In this document: positions 19,537-29,468 of the stretch, piece by piece
How positions within the stretch are numbered: position 1 is the first letter of the stretch
Layout: the number at the start of each line of letters is the position of its first letter
Origin: Candidatus Bathyarchaeia archaeon
GTDB taxonomy: Archaea > Thermoproteota > Bathyarchaeia > Bathyarchaeales > Bathycorpusculaceae
Reading direction: 5' to 3'
NCBI GenBank assembly: GCA_038883775.1
Contig: JAVZLM010000005.1
Location: 1-64,000 of the forward strand
DNA length: 64,000 nucleotides
Notes under the pieces: generated by a model
Seen by the model: the letters and a program-made list of their open reading frames with translations, nothing else
Told to the model about the DNA's origin: nothing
Database searches by the model: none
Position numbers and translations under genes: made by a program

Positions 19537-21478
19537 TAGAGTGTATTAAAACTAGGATTCTAAGAGTTATTCCGCCCAATAGGATTGCAAAGGTTATTTC
19601 GAAGAGTGTTATGTATAACGCTTTTTTCCAGCCAAACTCTCTAGTTAAGGCTGCTATTGTTGAGATGCATGGTATGTAAAACATGGCTACTATTGTGAAG
19701 ACAACCATTTGGATGGGACCGAATCCTGGAATTTCAGCGAAATTTGTTGTTTCAAAAAGCGTTGCAAGCATTATTAGCGTTAATTCTTTCCTTAAAACGC
19801 CAAAAATTAATGTTATTCCAGTAATTGCTGGCAATCCAAGCCACGTAACTGTTATGGGACTTAATAAGTTTGCGGTTGGCTCGAGTAAACCGAGAATTTC
19901 GGCAAGTTTTATGGCGATACTTCCAGCAATTATTAGTGGAAAAGCTATTTTAATGAACTCAGCCAGCCTAAACCACGTTTGCTTCAAAACTGTTCTTAAA
20001 TGTGGCAATCGGTAATCAGACATCTCCATAATTAGCGCTGTGGGTTCGCCTGGCAGCGCTTTGAAGGCAAGTCTTCCGAGGATGAAGATTATGGCTAGGT
20101 TGAAAATGTAAAGGGCTAATGCCCATTGGATTCCTAAATATGTTCCAACTAAACCGAGGATTATAACTGTGCGGGCAGCGCATGGAACAAGCGTTGTTAC
20201 AAAGGCTGCGAGAAGCCTTTCCCTCTGGGTTTCCATTATTCTACATCCCAAACAGGCGGGAACGTTGCATCCATATCCAAGGATTAGGGGGATGAAGGCT
20301 TTTCCATGCAATCCCATTTTATGCATTATGTTGTCCATTAAAAAGGCGACTCGGCTTAGGTAACCCGAGTCTTCAAGGAAATATAATAAAATGTAGAATG
20401 GGACGATGTAAGGCAGTGCTATTGTGACGCCAGCAGTAACGCCCTCAAGAGCGCTCCAAACCAGTTTCCCAAAAATTTCTGTCCCAAAAAAGGCTTCAAA
20501 AATGGGTCTCCAGTTGTAAAACAGATTGTTTAATGCGTCTGAAGTGTATCCTCCAAGGGTGAAAATTGAATAGAATATTAAGAGCAGCGAAAAAGCCATT
20601 ATAGGATATCCCATGATTTTATGGGTTGTAATGTTGTGAAGACGTTCTTCAAATTTTGGCTTTATTGGAGAAACCAGTTTTTGGGCTTCTCTGGCGATAC
20701 AACCGGCAATTTCGTATCGCTCAGAAGTTATCACTGTTGAACAGGAATGTCCATGGAGATTTTCGATTTCTTTTGCAAGTTTTTTGGCTGCAGAAACTAT
20801 TTTTGGGTTAATTTTTGCGATTTCCCTTTCTATTTCTTCGTCTCCTTCCAACAATTTAATTGCCACGTATCTTGGCGAATACCAAAATTGGACGGGTTCG
20901 ATAATTTTTGTGAGTTCGGCTATTTTCTCTTCAACCTCTTCTCCAAATTTTACTGGAACATTCTTCGTCGCTGGTCCTTTTTCAACAACTTCTATTGCCT
21001 TTTCTAAAAGCTGAAAGATGCCAATACCTTTTATTGCCACGGTGGGTATGACTGGTATTCCCAAAAGCTTTTCCAGTTTCTCCACGTCTATTTGGATTCC
21101 CTTTTTCTGCGCCATGTCCATCTGATTTAGGGCTATAACCATTGGGGTTTCCAATTCCATAAGCTGCAGTGTAAAGTAGAGGTTTCTTTCAAGAACCGAA
21201 GCGTCAACAACATTTATTACGACATCTGGTTTTTCCACGGCAATGTATTTTCTTGAAATCAACTCTTCTAGGGAATATGTTGAAAGCGAATAGATTCCTG
21301 GCAGATCGATAATGTCTATGGTGTAGCCCTTAAAGTGGAGTGTGCCTTCAGCCTTTTCCACGGTTTTTCCAGGCCAGTTGCCAATGTGCTGATGCAAGCC
21401 AGTTAAGTGGTTGAATATGACGGATTTTCCAACATTGGCGTTTCCAGCCAAAGCGATGAGCAGCTTCTTTTTAGCCAT
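19523..21478 (-). CDS. feoB: Ferrous iron transporter B
   Basis: [29 protein letters not shown]. Confidence 0.97.
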   Translation of the reverse strand: MAKKKLLIALAGNANVGKSVIFNHLTGLHQHIGNWPGKTVEKAEGTLHFKGYTIDIIDLPGIYSLSTYSLEELISRKYIAVEKPDVVINVVDASVLERNLYFTLQLMELETPMVIALNQMDMAQKKGIQIDVEKLEKLLGIPVIPTVAIKGIGIFQLLEKAIEVVEKGPATKNVPVKFGEEVEEKIAELTKIIEPVQFWYSPRYVAIKLLEGDEEIEREIAKINPKIVSAAKKLAKEIENLHGHSCSTVITSERYEIAGCIAREAQKLVSPIKPKFEERLHNITTHKIMGYPIMAFSLLLIFYSIFTLGGYTSDALNNLFYNWRPIFEAFFGTEIFGKLVWSALEGVTAGVTIALPYIVPFYILLYFLEDSGYLSRVAFLMDNIMHKMGLHGKAFIPLILGYGCNVPACLGCRIMETQRERLLAAFVTTLVPCAARTVIILGLVGTYLGIQWALALYIFNLAIIFILGRLAFKALPGEPTALIMEMSDYRLPHLRTVLKQTWFRLAEFIKIAFPLIIAGSIAIKLAEILGLLEPTANLLSPITVTWLGLPAITGITLIFGVLRKELTLIMLATLFETTNFAEIPGFGPIQMVVFTIVAMFYIPCISTIAALTREFGWKKALYITLFEITFAILLGGITLRILVLIHSIMGF

Positions 21479-21754
21479 TTACTTTTCTATCTCCACGAAA
21501 ATTCTTTCCGCCATGCCCCTGCCAATAGCAAGCCTTGAGCCTCTAACGAGAATTTCTAATGGTCCATGGAATGGGGCTGATTTTACAACGGTTACTTTTG
21601 TGCCTGGAGTTAAGCCCATATCCATAAGTCGCTTTTCAAATCCCCACCTTCCGCGTCCTCTCCCCCTTCCTCTACCATGTCCCGCTTTTACAGAAATAAC
21701 AATTCCAGTCTCTCCGTCTTTTAATGCGGTCAATGGAACTTCCTGCTTTTCCAT
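21479..21754 (-). CDS. feoA: Ferrous iron transport protein A
   Basis: RLMDMGLTPG, APFHGPL, LAIGRGMA. Confidence 0.95.
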   Translation of the reverse strand: MEKQEVPLTALKDGETGIVISVKAGHGRGRGRGRGRWGFEKRLMDMGLTPGTKVTVVKSAPFHGPLEILVRGSRLAIGRGMAERIFVEIEK

Positions 21755-21768
21755 TCAATCATCAACCT

Positions 21769-22440
21769 TTATTTCAATTGTTTAACTTGGATGACGGAGG
21801 CTATTTGGCGACTTATGGCGTGGCGTGCTGAACTCACCTTCACAGTGATTGGGCCGTCCATGGGAGCTTTATCCAAAACTTCTATGGAAGCTCCTGGCAC
21901 AAGTCCCAACTTGCCCAAATATTGCAGCAAATCCGCTTGTTCGTCTGTTATTTTTACTAAAACGCCTTTTTTGCCTATGGCAAAATCTTTTAGAGGCATG
22001 GACTTTTCTTCCATTATTCCGCCGCATGCTGTGGGGATGGGATTTCCGTGAGGACAAGTTTTTGGATGTTTCAATGCCTTCTCTAAAGGTTTGATTATTT
22101 CTTTTGTTATGCCATGCTCCAACTTGCAAGCGGCATCATGAACCTTTTCCCATTCAATATGCAGAATATCCACAAGCAAACGTTCCGATAAGCGATGCCT
22201 CCTTATAACTTGTAAGGCTATTTTTCTACCCTTTTCCGTAAGTTTAACACCTTTATATGGAGAGTGTGTTAGAAATCCTTCTTTTTCGAGGCGCTCCACA
22301 GTGTTAGTAACCGTTCCAGGAACAACCCCGAGCATCTTGACGATGTCGCTGGTTCTAGCAGCTCCGCTCTTTTCCTCCAGCCTATAGATGCATTCAAGAT
22401 ATTCTTCTGTTACTGCTGTGATTTCTTCGTTTTCAGACAT
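21769..22440 (-). CDS. DtxR/MntR-family metal-dependent repressor with FeoA domain
   Basis: EEYLECIY, RRHRLSE, ACKLEH, TCPHGNPIP. Confidence 0.93.
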   Translation of the reverse strand: MSENEEITAVTEEYLECIYRLEEKSGAARTSDIVKMLGVVPGTVTNTVERLEKEGFLTHSPYKGVKLTEKGRKIALQVIRRHRLSERLLVDILHIEWEKVHDAACKLEHGITKEIIKPLEKALKHPKTCPHGNPIPTACGGIMEEKSMPLKDFAIGKKGVLVKITDEQADLLQYLGKLGLVPGASIEVLDKAPMDGPITVKVSSARHAISRQIASVIQVKQLK

Positions 22441-22464
22441 TTTACGAATTCTCCAAATTAAAAT

Positions 22465-22484
22465 TACGATAAATCGTATATTTA
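22465..22484 (-). promoter_or_regulatory. TATA box with abutting palindrome upstream of dtxR-feoA-feoB (candidate operator)
   Basis: TACGAT-AA-ATCGTA at 22465-22478, next to minus-strand TTAAATAT. Confidence 0.45.
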
Positions 22485-22550
22485 ACATTTCCTAAAAACA
22501 CAAATTTTTTATGCCATCGCCAAAGAAAGAACGCATCCAAGGGAAATTTT

Positions 22551-23528
22551 ATGAATCAAACAAGGATTGCACTTAAAGAAGTTGACGACGTAGAAATAAT
22601 AAGTTTGATGGACAACTCCCTAGATTTCTTATCCACCATAGAAAAGACTGAAGTTCGACAAGTCCGCGATTGGATAAAAGAGAGAAAAAGCGAAAAATGG
22701 GTGAAAGCGCATTTTCGCTTACCCATAGCTGAGCATGGGCTTTCATTTCTAATTCGCATATTCGAAGGTAGAAAAACTCACACACTATTGTTTGACACGG
22801 GCAGAAGCCCCGAAGGCGTAATAACAAATGCTGAGCGAATGGGTATAGAGCTTTCTGAAATTGAGGCTATTGTTATCTCCCATGGTCACGATGACCATTT
22901 CGGCGGGTTGCTGGCGGTTTTGAAAGCGGCTGGCAAGGAAGATTTGCCTATCATAGTGCATGAAGACATGTTTAAAACGAGGGGAACCGTCCAAAATGAT
23001 GGAACAGTTAGGAAAGATACGTCCTTCCCCTCAGAGGATATGGTGAAGCCAGCTAGATACGTTAAAACTAAAAAGCCCTACCTTATTGCTGATGGTGCTG
23101 TGCTTGTCACTGGCGAAATCCCATCTAAAACGGATTTTGAAAAGGGTTCACAGCGAAATAGGATTTTAATCGATGGAGAATGGAAGCCTTATCCTTGGAT
23201 GAAGGATGATAGGGCAGCTGCCATTAACATCAAAAAGAAGGGGCTTGTAGTGTTGTCGGGTTGTGCTCATGCGGGCATAATAAACACCATAAAACATGCG
23301 CAACATATAACTGGAGTGGAAAGGGTTTATGCGGTTATGGGCGGCTTTCACTTAGCTGGGAAAGAATATGAGCCAAGAATAAGCCGAACCGTTGAGAACC
23401 TAAAAAGTATAAAACCACATTTAATTGCGCCATCCCACTGCACGGGTTGGAGGGGAATTTTCGCCATAGCCCAAGCCATGCCAGAAGCCTTCATTTGGAA
23501 CAGTGTTGGAAACCTATACAAATTTTGA
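22551..23528 (+). CDS. MBL-fold metallo-hydrolase (dihydropteroate-synthase-like MBL family)
   Basis: AEHGLS, FDTG, SHGHDDH, GCAHAG, GGFHL, HCTG. Confidence 0.9.
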   Translation: MNQTRIALKEVDDVEIISLMDNSLDFLSTIEKTEVRQVRDWIKERKSEKWVKAHFRLPIAEHGLSFLIRIFEGRKTHTLLFDTGRSPEGVITNAERMGIELSEIEAIVISHGHDDHFGGLLAVLKAAGKEDLPIIVHEDMFKTRGTVQNDGTVRKDTSFPSEDMVKPARYVKTKKPYLIADGAVLVTGEIPSKTDFEKGSQRNRILIDGEWKPYPWMKDDRAAAINIKKKGLVVLSGCAHAGIINTIKHAQHITGVERVYAVMGGFHLAGKEYEPRISRTVENLKSIKPHLIAPSHCTGWRGIFAIAQAMPEAFIWNSVGNLYKF

Positions 23529-23618
23529 AGACAAGTTTATAAGCGACAATGCCGTGAAATAGCTGCATTGTGCAAACCTGTTTTTGCACAATAAAACGTT
23601 AAGGAGATGAAAGAGTAA

Positions 23619-23759
23619 ATGTCAGGAAGAGAAATGCATAAGGCAGTTTGTGCTGATTGTGGGAAGGAATGCGAAGTCCCCTTCGAGCCTGACCCAAATA
23701 GGCCAGTTTACTGCCGAGAATGCTGGTCAAAAAGAAGAAATCACAGAAGAAGATATTAG
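23619..23759 (+). CDS. CxxC-x17-CxxC zinc-finger protein (46 aa, absent from ORF track)
   Basis: MSGREMHKAVCADCGKECEVPFEPDPNRPVYCRECWSKRRNHRRRY*; SD-like AAGGAG upstream. Confidence 0.9.
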   Translation: MSGREMHKAVCADCGKECEVPFEPDPNRPVYCRECWSKRRNHRRRY

Positions 23760-23886
23760 CCTAAACTAACAACTACCTTTTCGTAACTAAATTTTCAATT
23801 TTTAGCGTATGCTATACACTTTGTAAATTTTTAGTCAATGATGATAGAAATATATACTCAAGCTACGTGAACATTTTGATGAAAGC

Positions 23887-24336
23887 ATGACCGAAAAAAT
23901 CTCTTTAAATTCGGATGAAGTATTTGATGCTATTTCACATCCTATAAGGATAAAAATACTGAAGGCTCTTGCTAAGAAGCCACTGGGTTTCAGTGAGCTT
24001 AAGCACACAGTTAACGTTGAAAGCAGTGGCGCCTTAGATTTTCATCTTAAAAAGATGCAAAATCTTATTGAAACCGACCAGTTTGGGCGATATGTTTTAA
24101 GCGCCAAAGGGGGTGCTGCGCTTGAAGCGATACGCATCATTGAACAGTATGGATGGCAAAAGCGGGCTTTCCTGTTAAACCTTCTCGTTTATATCCTTTC
24201 TAGCATATGGATACTGGTTAACTTTTCATTAAGTCCAATTGTCCTCATAGCCCTTGCAGTATATACGCTATGGATGCTGTTTTATTCCTATTGGACATTC
24301 ATCCACAGACGAGTTTCCCTTAGACGAAAGCAATAA
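23887..24336 (+). CDS. ArsR-family wHTH protein with two C-terminal TM helices
   Basis: FDAISHPIRIKIL...GALDFHLKKM; hydrophobic C-terminus. Confidence 0.8.
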   Translation: MTEKISLNSDEVFDAISHPIRIKILKALAKKPLGFSELKHTVNVESSGALDFHLKKMQNLIETDQFGRYVLSAKGGAALEAIRIIEQYGWQKRAFLLNLLVYILSSIWILVNFSLSPIVLIALAVYTLWMLFYSYWTFIHRRVSLRRKQ

Positions 24337-24528
24337 CTTTTCCCTTTTTCCCAAAAAGTATCTTAAAATGTGCGCTATCAAAAAGAGGGAAGTCTTCATC
24401 GGCGAGTGAAAATATCCCATAAATGATTATCACACGTCAAAATACGATTTATTGACTAAAAGTCAATTATAATAGAGATATATATTTTAGATTGTATAGA
24501 GATTTTGATTAAGTTTAGAGGTTTCAAA

Positions 24529-25260
24529 TTGAGCTTTGCAGTTGAAGCAAGAGACGTCGTTAAAGTCTTCGGTGCCATCCACGCATTAGACGGATTAACA
24601 TTCCAAGTTAGACAAGGAGAAATTTTCGGTCTAATCGGTCCGAACGGGGCTGGAAAAACCACAGCCCTCCGCATAGTTTCAACTCTATTATTGCCAACCT
24701 CTGGCACAGTTAAAGTTTTCAACATAGATGTTGTTAACCAAGCAAATGAAGTTCGCAAGATAATAACCTATCTCCCAGAAGAGGCAGGAGCCTACCGCAA
24801 TTTGTCAGGATGGGAATATTTGCAGTTTATGGCGAACTTTAACACCAAAAACAAACGTGAAGTTCAAGAAATTGTTAGGGAAGCAGCTGAAATTACTGGC
24901 TTAGGTGAACGGTTAAAGGATAAAACCAAAACTTACAGTAAAGGAATGAAACGCCGACTCTTAGTTGCAAGAGCATTAATGACTAAACCCAAACTCGCCG
25001 TTTTAGACGAACCAACAAGTGGATTAGACGTTTTACATGCTTACCACGTGAGAGAAATAGTAAAGCGTTATGTAAAAGAACATGGCGTAACGGTGCTCCT
25101 TTCAAGCCATAATATGCTTGAAGTGGAACACCTCGGCGGCAGAGTAGCCCTACTAAATAAGGGTAAAATAGTTGCTGAAGGAAAACCGCAAGAGTTGAAA
25201 GAAGCCTACAAGAGCGAAAATTTGGAAGAAGTTTTCGCAAAGGTGGTTGGACTTGCTTAA
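24529..25260 (+). CDS. ABC-2 type transporter ATP-binding protein
   Basis: GPNGAGKT, YSKGM, LDEPTSGLD, SSH. Confidence 0.95.
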   Translation: MSFAVEARDVVKVFGAIHALDGLTFQVRQGEIFGLIGPNGAGKTTALRIVSTLLLPTSGTVKVFNIDVVNQANEVRKIITYLPEEAGAYRNLSGWEYLQFMANFNTKNKREVQEIVREAAEITGLGERLKDKTKTYSKGMKRRLLVARALMTKPKLAVLDEPTSGLDVLHAYHVREIVKRYVKEHGVTVLLSSHNMLEVEHLGGRVALLNKGKIVAEGKPQELKEAYKSENLEEVFAKVVGLA

Positions 25261-26524
25261 AGGTTTTGGAAACTTCTTGTTAAAAGAGCTTAAGGAACTC
25301 ATAAGAGACCCAAAAATCCTCTTGGCTATGGTTATTGTTCCATTAATAATGTTTCCAATTTTAGGCTTCATCATGAAATTCTCAATGCAAGCGGCACAAG
25401 AAACAGCCACAAAAATTACAGCGCTTATTATAAACCGTGACACTGGAGAAAACTCTACACAATTCCTTGAGTATCTTAACTATTCAATGAAAGTTTTTAC
25501 GGTCAACGTTCAAACAATAGAGGACGCAGTGCCACTATTAACCACATATAATGCCACAGAAATAATTGAAATTCCAGAAAACTTTAGCCAATGCGTTTTT
25601 GCAAGAAAACCAGTTGCCATAAAAGTTTACAACGTTTTTTCTGGCTCGGGTCTGTTTGAAGGTGCTGGAGCTTCAATCCTTGATGGTTTAGTTGAACAAT
25701 TTAATAGAAATGTAGCTCCAAACGTGATTATTCCACTAAAATCCGTGATTATCAAGGGACAAGTTATCGAAAATGTGGATTCACGTATTCTTGGCAGTTT
25801 AATGCTTTCACAAGCTATTGCCATGCCAATAACCATAATGATTCTGCTTAGCTATTCGATGCAGATAGCTGCAACCTCAGTGGCTATGGAAAAAGAAGAG
25901 AAAACATTGGAAACGCTGTTAACGTTGCCAATGGACCGTTTCGCAATTCTTATGGGGAAATTGTCTGGTTCAATTATTGTTGCAGCCATTGGTGCTGTGG
26001 CTTATATGATTGGCTTCAACTATTGGATGAGTTCTTATATGGCGGCAATTCCTATAGGTGTAAACATTGACTTGGTTTCTCTGGGACTTGTTCCTTCACT
26101 TTTCGGTTATTTACTTTTGGGCTTGTCATTATTTGTTACGTTGCTTTCAGCTTTAGCCTTAGCAGTAATTATATCGGCCTTTGCAGAAGACGTACGAGGC
26201 GCTCAAGCCATAGTTGGCAACATCTATCCTCTGATATTCATACCTTCCCTACTTCTCATGTATATAGATGTTAACACGTTGCCAATAGCATTGAAAATCT
26301 TCATTTACGCAATACCCTTCAGCCATCCAATAATAGCCGCCAAAGCCGTAACTATGGGCGACAATTTGACCGCTGCGTTAGGCGTTGTCTATGTGGCTGC
26401 ATTCACAATTATTATCATGTATGTCGCATCCCGTTTGTTTGCAACAGAGAAAATCTTAACAGCGAAACTAAAGTTTAAAATGTTAAAAATCCGTCGCAGT
26501 GAAAAATTCGCTGAAGAACTTTAG
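25247..26524 (+). CDS. ABC-2 type permease (NatB-like)
   Basis: KELKELIRD, EKEEKTLETLLTLP, multiple TMs. Confidence 0.9.
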   Translation: MDLLKGFGNFLLKELKELIRDPKILLAMVIVPLIMFPILGFIMKFSMQAAQETATKITALIINRDTGENSTQFLEYLNYSMKVFTVNVQTIEDAVPLLTTYNATEIIEIPENFSQCVFARKPVAIKVYNVFSGSGLFEGAGASILDGLVEQFNRNVAPNVIIPLKSVIIKGQVIENVDSRILGSLMLSQAIAMPITIMILLSYSMQIAATSVAMEKEEKTLETLLTLPMDRFAILMGKLSGSIIVAAIGAVAYMIGFNYWMSSYMAAIPIGVNIDLVSLGLVPSLFGYLLLGLSLFVTLLSALALAVIISAFAEDVRGAQAIVGNIYPLIFIPSLLLMYIDVNTLPIALKIFIYAIPFSHPIIAAKAVTMGDNLTAALGVVYVAAFTIIIMYVASRLFATEKILTAKLKFKMLKIRRSEKFAEEL

Positions 26525-26530
26525 TGGGGT

Positions 26531-28279
26531 TCAGTTTTTCTTTAGTAGTTTCAGCATGATTTCTCCGCTTGGTTTAAGTGTGTGATCAGAGTAGGCTAAC
26601 CCGTAATCTGCGTTTTCTGATGGGAAGTCTTGAAGTGAAAAGTATCCCCAGTATCGGATGCGAAAGTCTGCAATTGCTTTTGCCGTCTCTTTGATCAGCT
26701 TACATTTACTTGCCTCGTTAAAGCAGTATCCGTAACTTGTATTTTCGGAGGTGTGCCATCCCCACTCCGCCAAAAACAAGCGGCCTTCTCTGCCCAAAAA
26801 CTCGTTAATTTTTCCCATATAAAATTCTGTCACCCACTGAAAGTGGGAGCGGCAGAAACAGTTTCCCGCTCTACTATAATATGTGAATCCGTAACCGTCG
26901 ATACCATCCAAATCGTAAGGGATGCGCCTAAGCAGCACAAGTGTTACGTTCTCCATTTCAATGCCGTCTGACACGAGCAAAACTGGCTTATGTGGGTCTA
27001 TTTGTTTAATCGTATCCACAGCTTGCTGCATATAATTGCGATAATAAGTGTAGTTTTCAAAGTTGGCTTGCGTTGTTGCGTTGTTTTGCCATCTGAATGG
27101 CATGAAAAGCAGGTAAAACTCCACGTTTGAGTGATTTTTGGCTATTTCCGTAACATTTTTTATAAAGCTCAGCCAAGCTGAAACCTTTGTTGCGTTGTCC
27201 GGGAAATCTTTCGGCATCCAAAACTCATTTAGTATGGGTCTTGAAGCGTTTTGTTCGAAGCTCACGTTTATGGTGAAGTCTCTCCACATTATGTAAAGGG
27301 CTGCCTTCAAGCCATACTCATCTATAAGCCTCAAATACTCGTCCAAGTAGCCGTCCAAATAGTAGCATTCCAGCTCCGCCACTCCAACACCTTTAAAGCC
27401 CATCTGTTTGGCCAAGCTAATCCAGTTTCTAACCCGCTGCTGTTTGGCCGCATTAAGCCTTATACTAGTGCAAAGCTCCTCACGTTTTTCTGGCTCTGAA
27501 TAAGTCATAATCACAATGTAGGACTCCGTATCCTTAATGCCCAAGGGTTTAGCATGCTGTTCGACTGGAAGCAGTTGAATTAGGAAGGCGGTTAAAATTA
27601 GCAACAAAAGGAGAATTTTCAAAAAGCCTATAGGCGAAATGAACCAGAAAACAACGAAAATAAGCATTAACATTGCTAAAACTTTAAGGACACCGCTTTC
27701 AGGTGCTCTTGCCACCTCAAACTTCACGGTTACATAACCAGAAGCCAAAGTGTTGTCAATTGCCGTGGAGTCGGAAACTTGAACATAGTTTAACGTCCAA
27801 TCTCTGCCTAACGGGAACCCATCAAGAACAAGACCTTTTTCAGCCGGGTTTCCAACATAAAATTGCTCCCCATCAAAAGATATGCATAAAACATCTCCAA
27901 CTCTATTTTTCCAGCCACCTTCGCTGCCCAGAACTGCTGCCACTGGCATGCTTGAACGGCATTCAACATAGAGAACGTCCATAGGCCACCTGTAAATTTT
28001 CAATAAAATTCCACGCTTGCTAGATGAGTTGTCGTTGAAAAAGCCCAGCGTAACCGCTCCCTTTGTGGCATCATTAACAAATGTGATGTTTAGGGTGATT
28101 TTTGCCTCAAATCTCTCGTAAGTCCTTTCAGTCCTACAATATAACGGTGTTGTTGAGTTAAAGACCGTGTACGGAATGAAGAGTGTTGTTTCAGCATGTA
28201 CTATTGTGACGGTGAATTGCAAAGTTAACAGAAAAAGCGCTACGATGAAAGCGAAGACGCAAGGCCTTTTCATTAACAA
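26531..28279 (-). CDS. Membrane-anchored protein with C-terminal glycoside-hydrolase-like TIM-barrel domain
   Basis: Signal peptide, central TM hairpin, IKQIDPHKPV, LAEWG, DYGL...LKP. Confidence 0.55.
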   Translation of the reverse strand: MLMKRPCVFAFIVALFLLTLQFTVTIVHAETTLFIPYTVFNSTTPLYCRTERTYERFEAKITLNITFVNDATKGAVTLGFFNDNSSSKRGILLKIYRWPMDVLYVECRSSMPVAAVLGSEGGWKNRVGDVLCISFDGEQFYVGNPAEKGLVLDGFPLGRDWTLNYVQVSDSTAIDNTLASGYVTVKFEVARAPESGVLKVLAMLMLIFVVFWFISPIGFLKILLLLLILTAFLIQLLPVEQHAKPLGIKDTESYIVIMTYSEPEKREELCTSIRLNAAKQQRVRNWISLAKQMGFKGVGVAELECYYLDGYLDEYLRLIDEYGLKAALYIMWRDFTINVSFEQNASRPILNEFWMPKDFPDNATKVSAWLSFIKNVTEIAKNHSNVEFYLLFMPFRWQNNATTQANFENYTYYRNYMQQAVDTIKQIDPHKPVLLVSDGIEMENVTLVLLRRIPYDLDGIDGYGFTYYSRAGNCFCRSHFQWVTEFYMGKINEFLGREGRLFLAEWGWHTSENTSYGYCFNEASKCKLIKETAKAIADFRIRYWGYFSLQDFPSENADYGLAYSDHTLKPSGEIMLKLLKKN

Positions 28280-28364
28280 CTCGCCTTTATCTTAAACAGC
28301 TGAAAACTAAAGGGTAAAAGCTTTTCCAGAAAACACATGCATATTATTTATTGGTGAGTTTGGT

Positions 28365-29468
28365 TTGGGCATTCAGCAGATAGAGGTTTATCCGGTAACA
28401 CTGGCTTACCGGGAACCCTTCCGAATTGCACTTGGCGCAAGCACTGAAAGTCAAAATGTTATGGTTAAAATAACCACGGATTACGGAGTCCTCGGCTGGG
28501 GTGAAGCTTCTCCTTCAGAACGGGTTACTGGCGAAACAGTAGAAACGGTTATCAACGTTATTGATAAGATTGCGCCGAAACTTATTGGAATGTGCCCCTT
28601 AAGAATCGAACAAACAGTTGAAGTTATGGACTTAATTGTAAAGGATAATCCAGCCGCAAAGGCAGCCATAGACATAGCCTTACATGACATTTTAGGAAAA
28701 ACAGCTCGTAAACCCCTTTTCATGCTGATGGGTGGATATCGCACAGAAGTGTTAACTGACATTACTTTAGGAATAAAGTCTCCAGAGGAAATGGCTAAAG
28801 ACGCTGCAAAAGCTGTCAAAAGAGGTTTTAAAGCTTTAAAAGTGAAGGTTGGCGTCAACCCAGCAGAGGACGTTGAACGCTTAAGGCTTATCCGCGAGGC
28901 AGCTGGCGAAGAGGTTCAAATAAGAATTGATGCAAACCAAGGCTGGACGCCGAAACAAGCCATAGAAGCTCTAAATAAAATGGAGAAATTCAACATCCAA
29001 TTCGCCGAACAACCAGTTCCAGCAGAAAACATGAAAGGCTTAATAGAAGTAAAGCGAAACTCGCCAATACCTATAATGGCTGATGAAAGCATCCATTCGC
29101 CAGAAGACGCCATCCGCCTAATAAGAGCAGAAGCCGTAGACCTAATAAACATAAAACTAATGAAAAGCGGAGGAATATTGAAAGGAAGAAAAATCGCGGA
29201 AATTGCCGAAGCCGCGGGCATACCCTGCATGATAGGATGTATGGGAGAATCCGAAATAGGCATAGCCGCAGGAGCCCACTTGGCTGCAGCAGTAAGAAAC
29301 ATACAATACGCAGACTTAGACTCAGACATACTATTAAGGGATAAACTTGTTAAAAAGGGTGGAACAAAAGTCAAAAATTCCATGCGCACATTCCCCAAAC
29401 AGAATGGATTAGGCATAAAAGAATTAGACACTAAGCTCCTAGGCAAACCAGCAAAAATTTACAAGTGA
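28365..29468 (+). CDS. Dipeptide epimerase (L-Ala-D/L-Glu epimerase, enolase superfamily)
   Basis: KVKVG, DANQGW, EQP, ADES, NIKLMKSGG, DLD. Confidence 0.9.
   Translation: MGIQQIEVYPVTLAYREPFRIALGASTESQNVMVKITTDYGVLGWGEASPSERVTGETVETVINVIDKIAPKLIGMCPLRIEQTVEVMDLIVKDNPAAKAAIDIALHDILGKTARKPLFMLMGGYRTEVLTDITLGIKSPEEMAKDAAKAVKRGFKALKVKVGVNPAEDVERLRLIREAAGEEVQIRIDANQGWTPKQAIEALNKMEKFNIQFAEQPVPAENMKGLIEVKRNSPIPIMADESIHSPEDAIRLIRAEAVDLINIKLMKSGGILKGRKIAEIAEAAGIPCMIGCMGESEIGIAAGAHLAAAVRNIQYADLDSDILLRDKLVKKGGTKVKNSMRTFPKQNGLGIKELDTKLLGKPAKIYK

Noticed and set aside
23838-23890. ATGATGA...TGATGA resembling a C/D box sRNA
   Set aside because: No convincing D/D' boxes or terminal stem; overlaps the promoter and start of the ArsR gene
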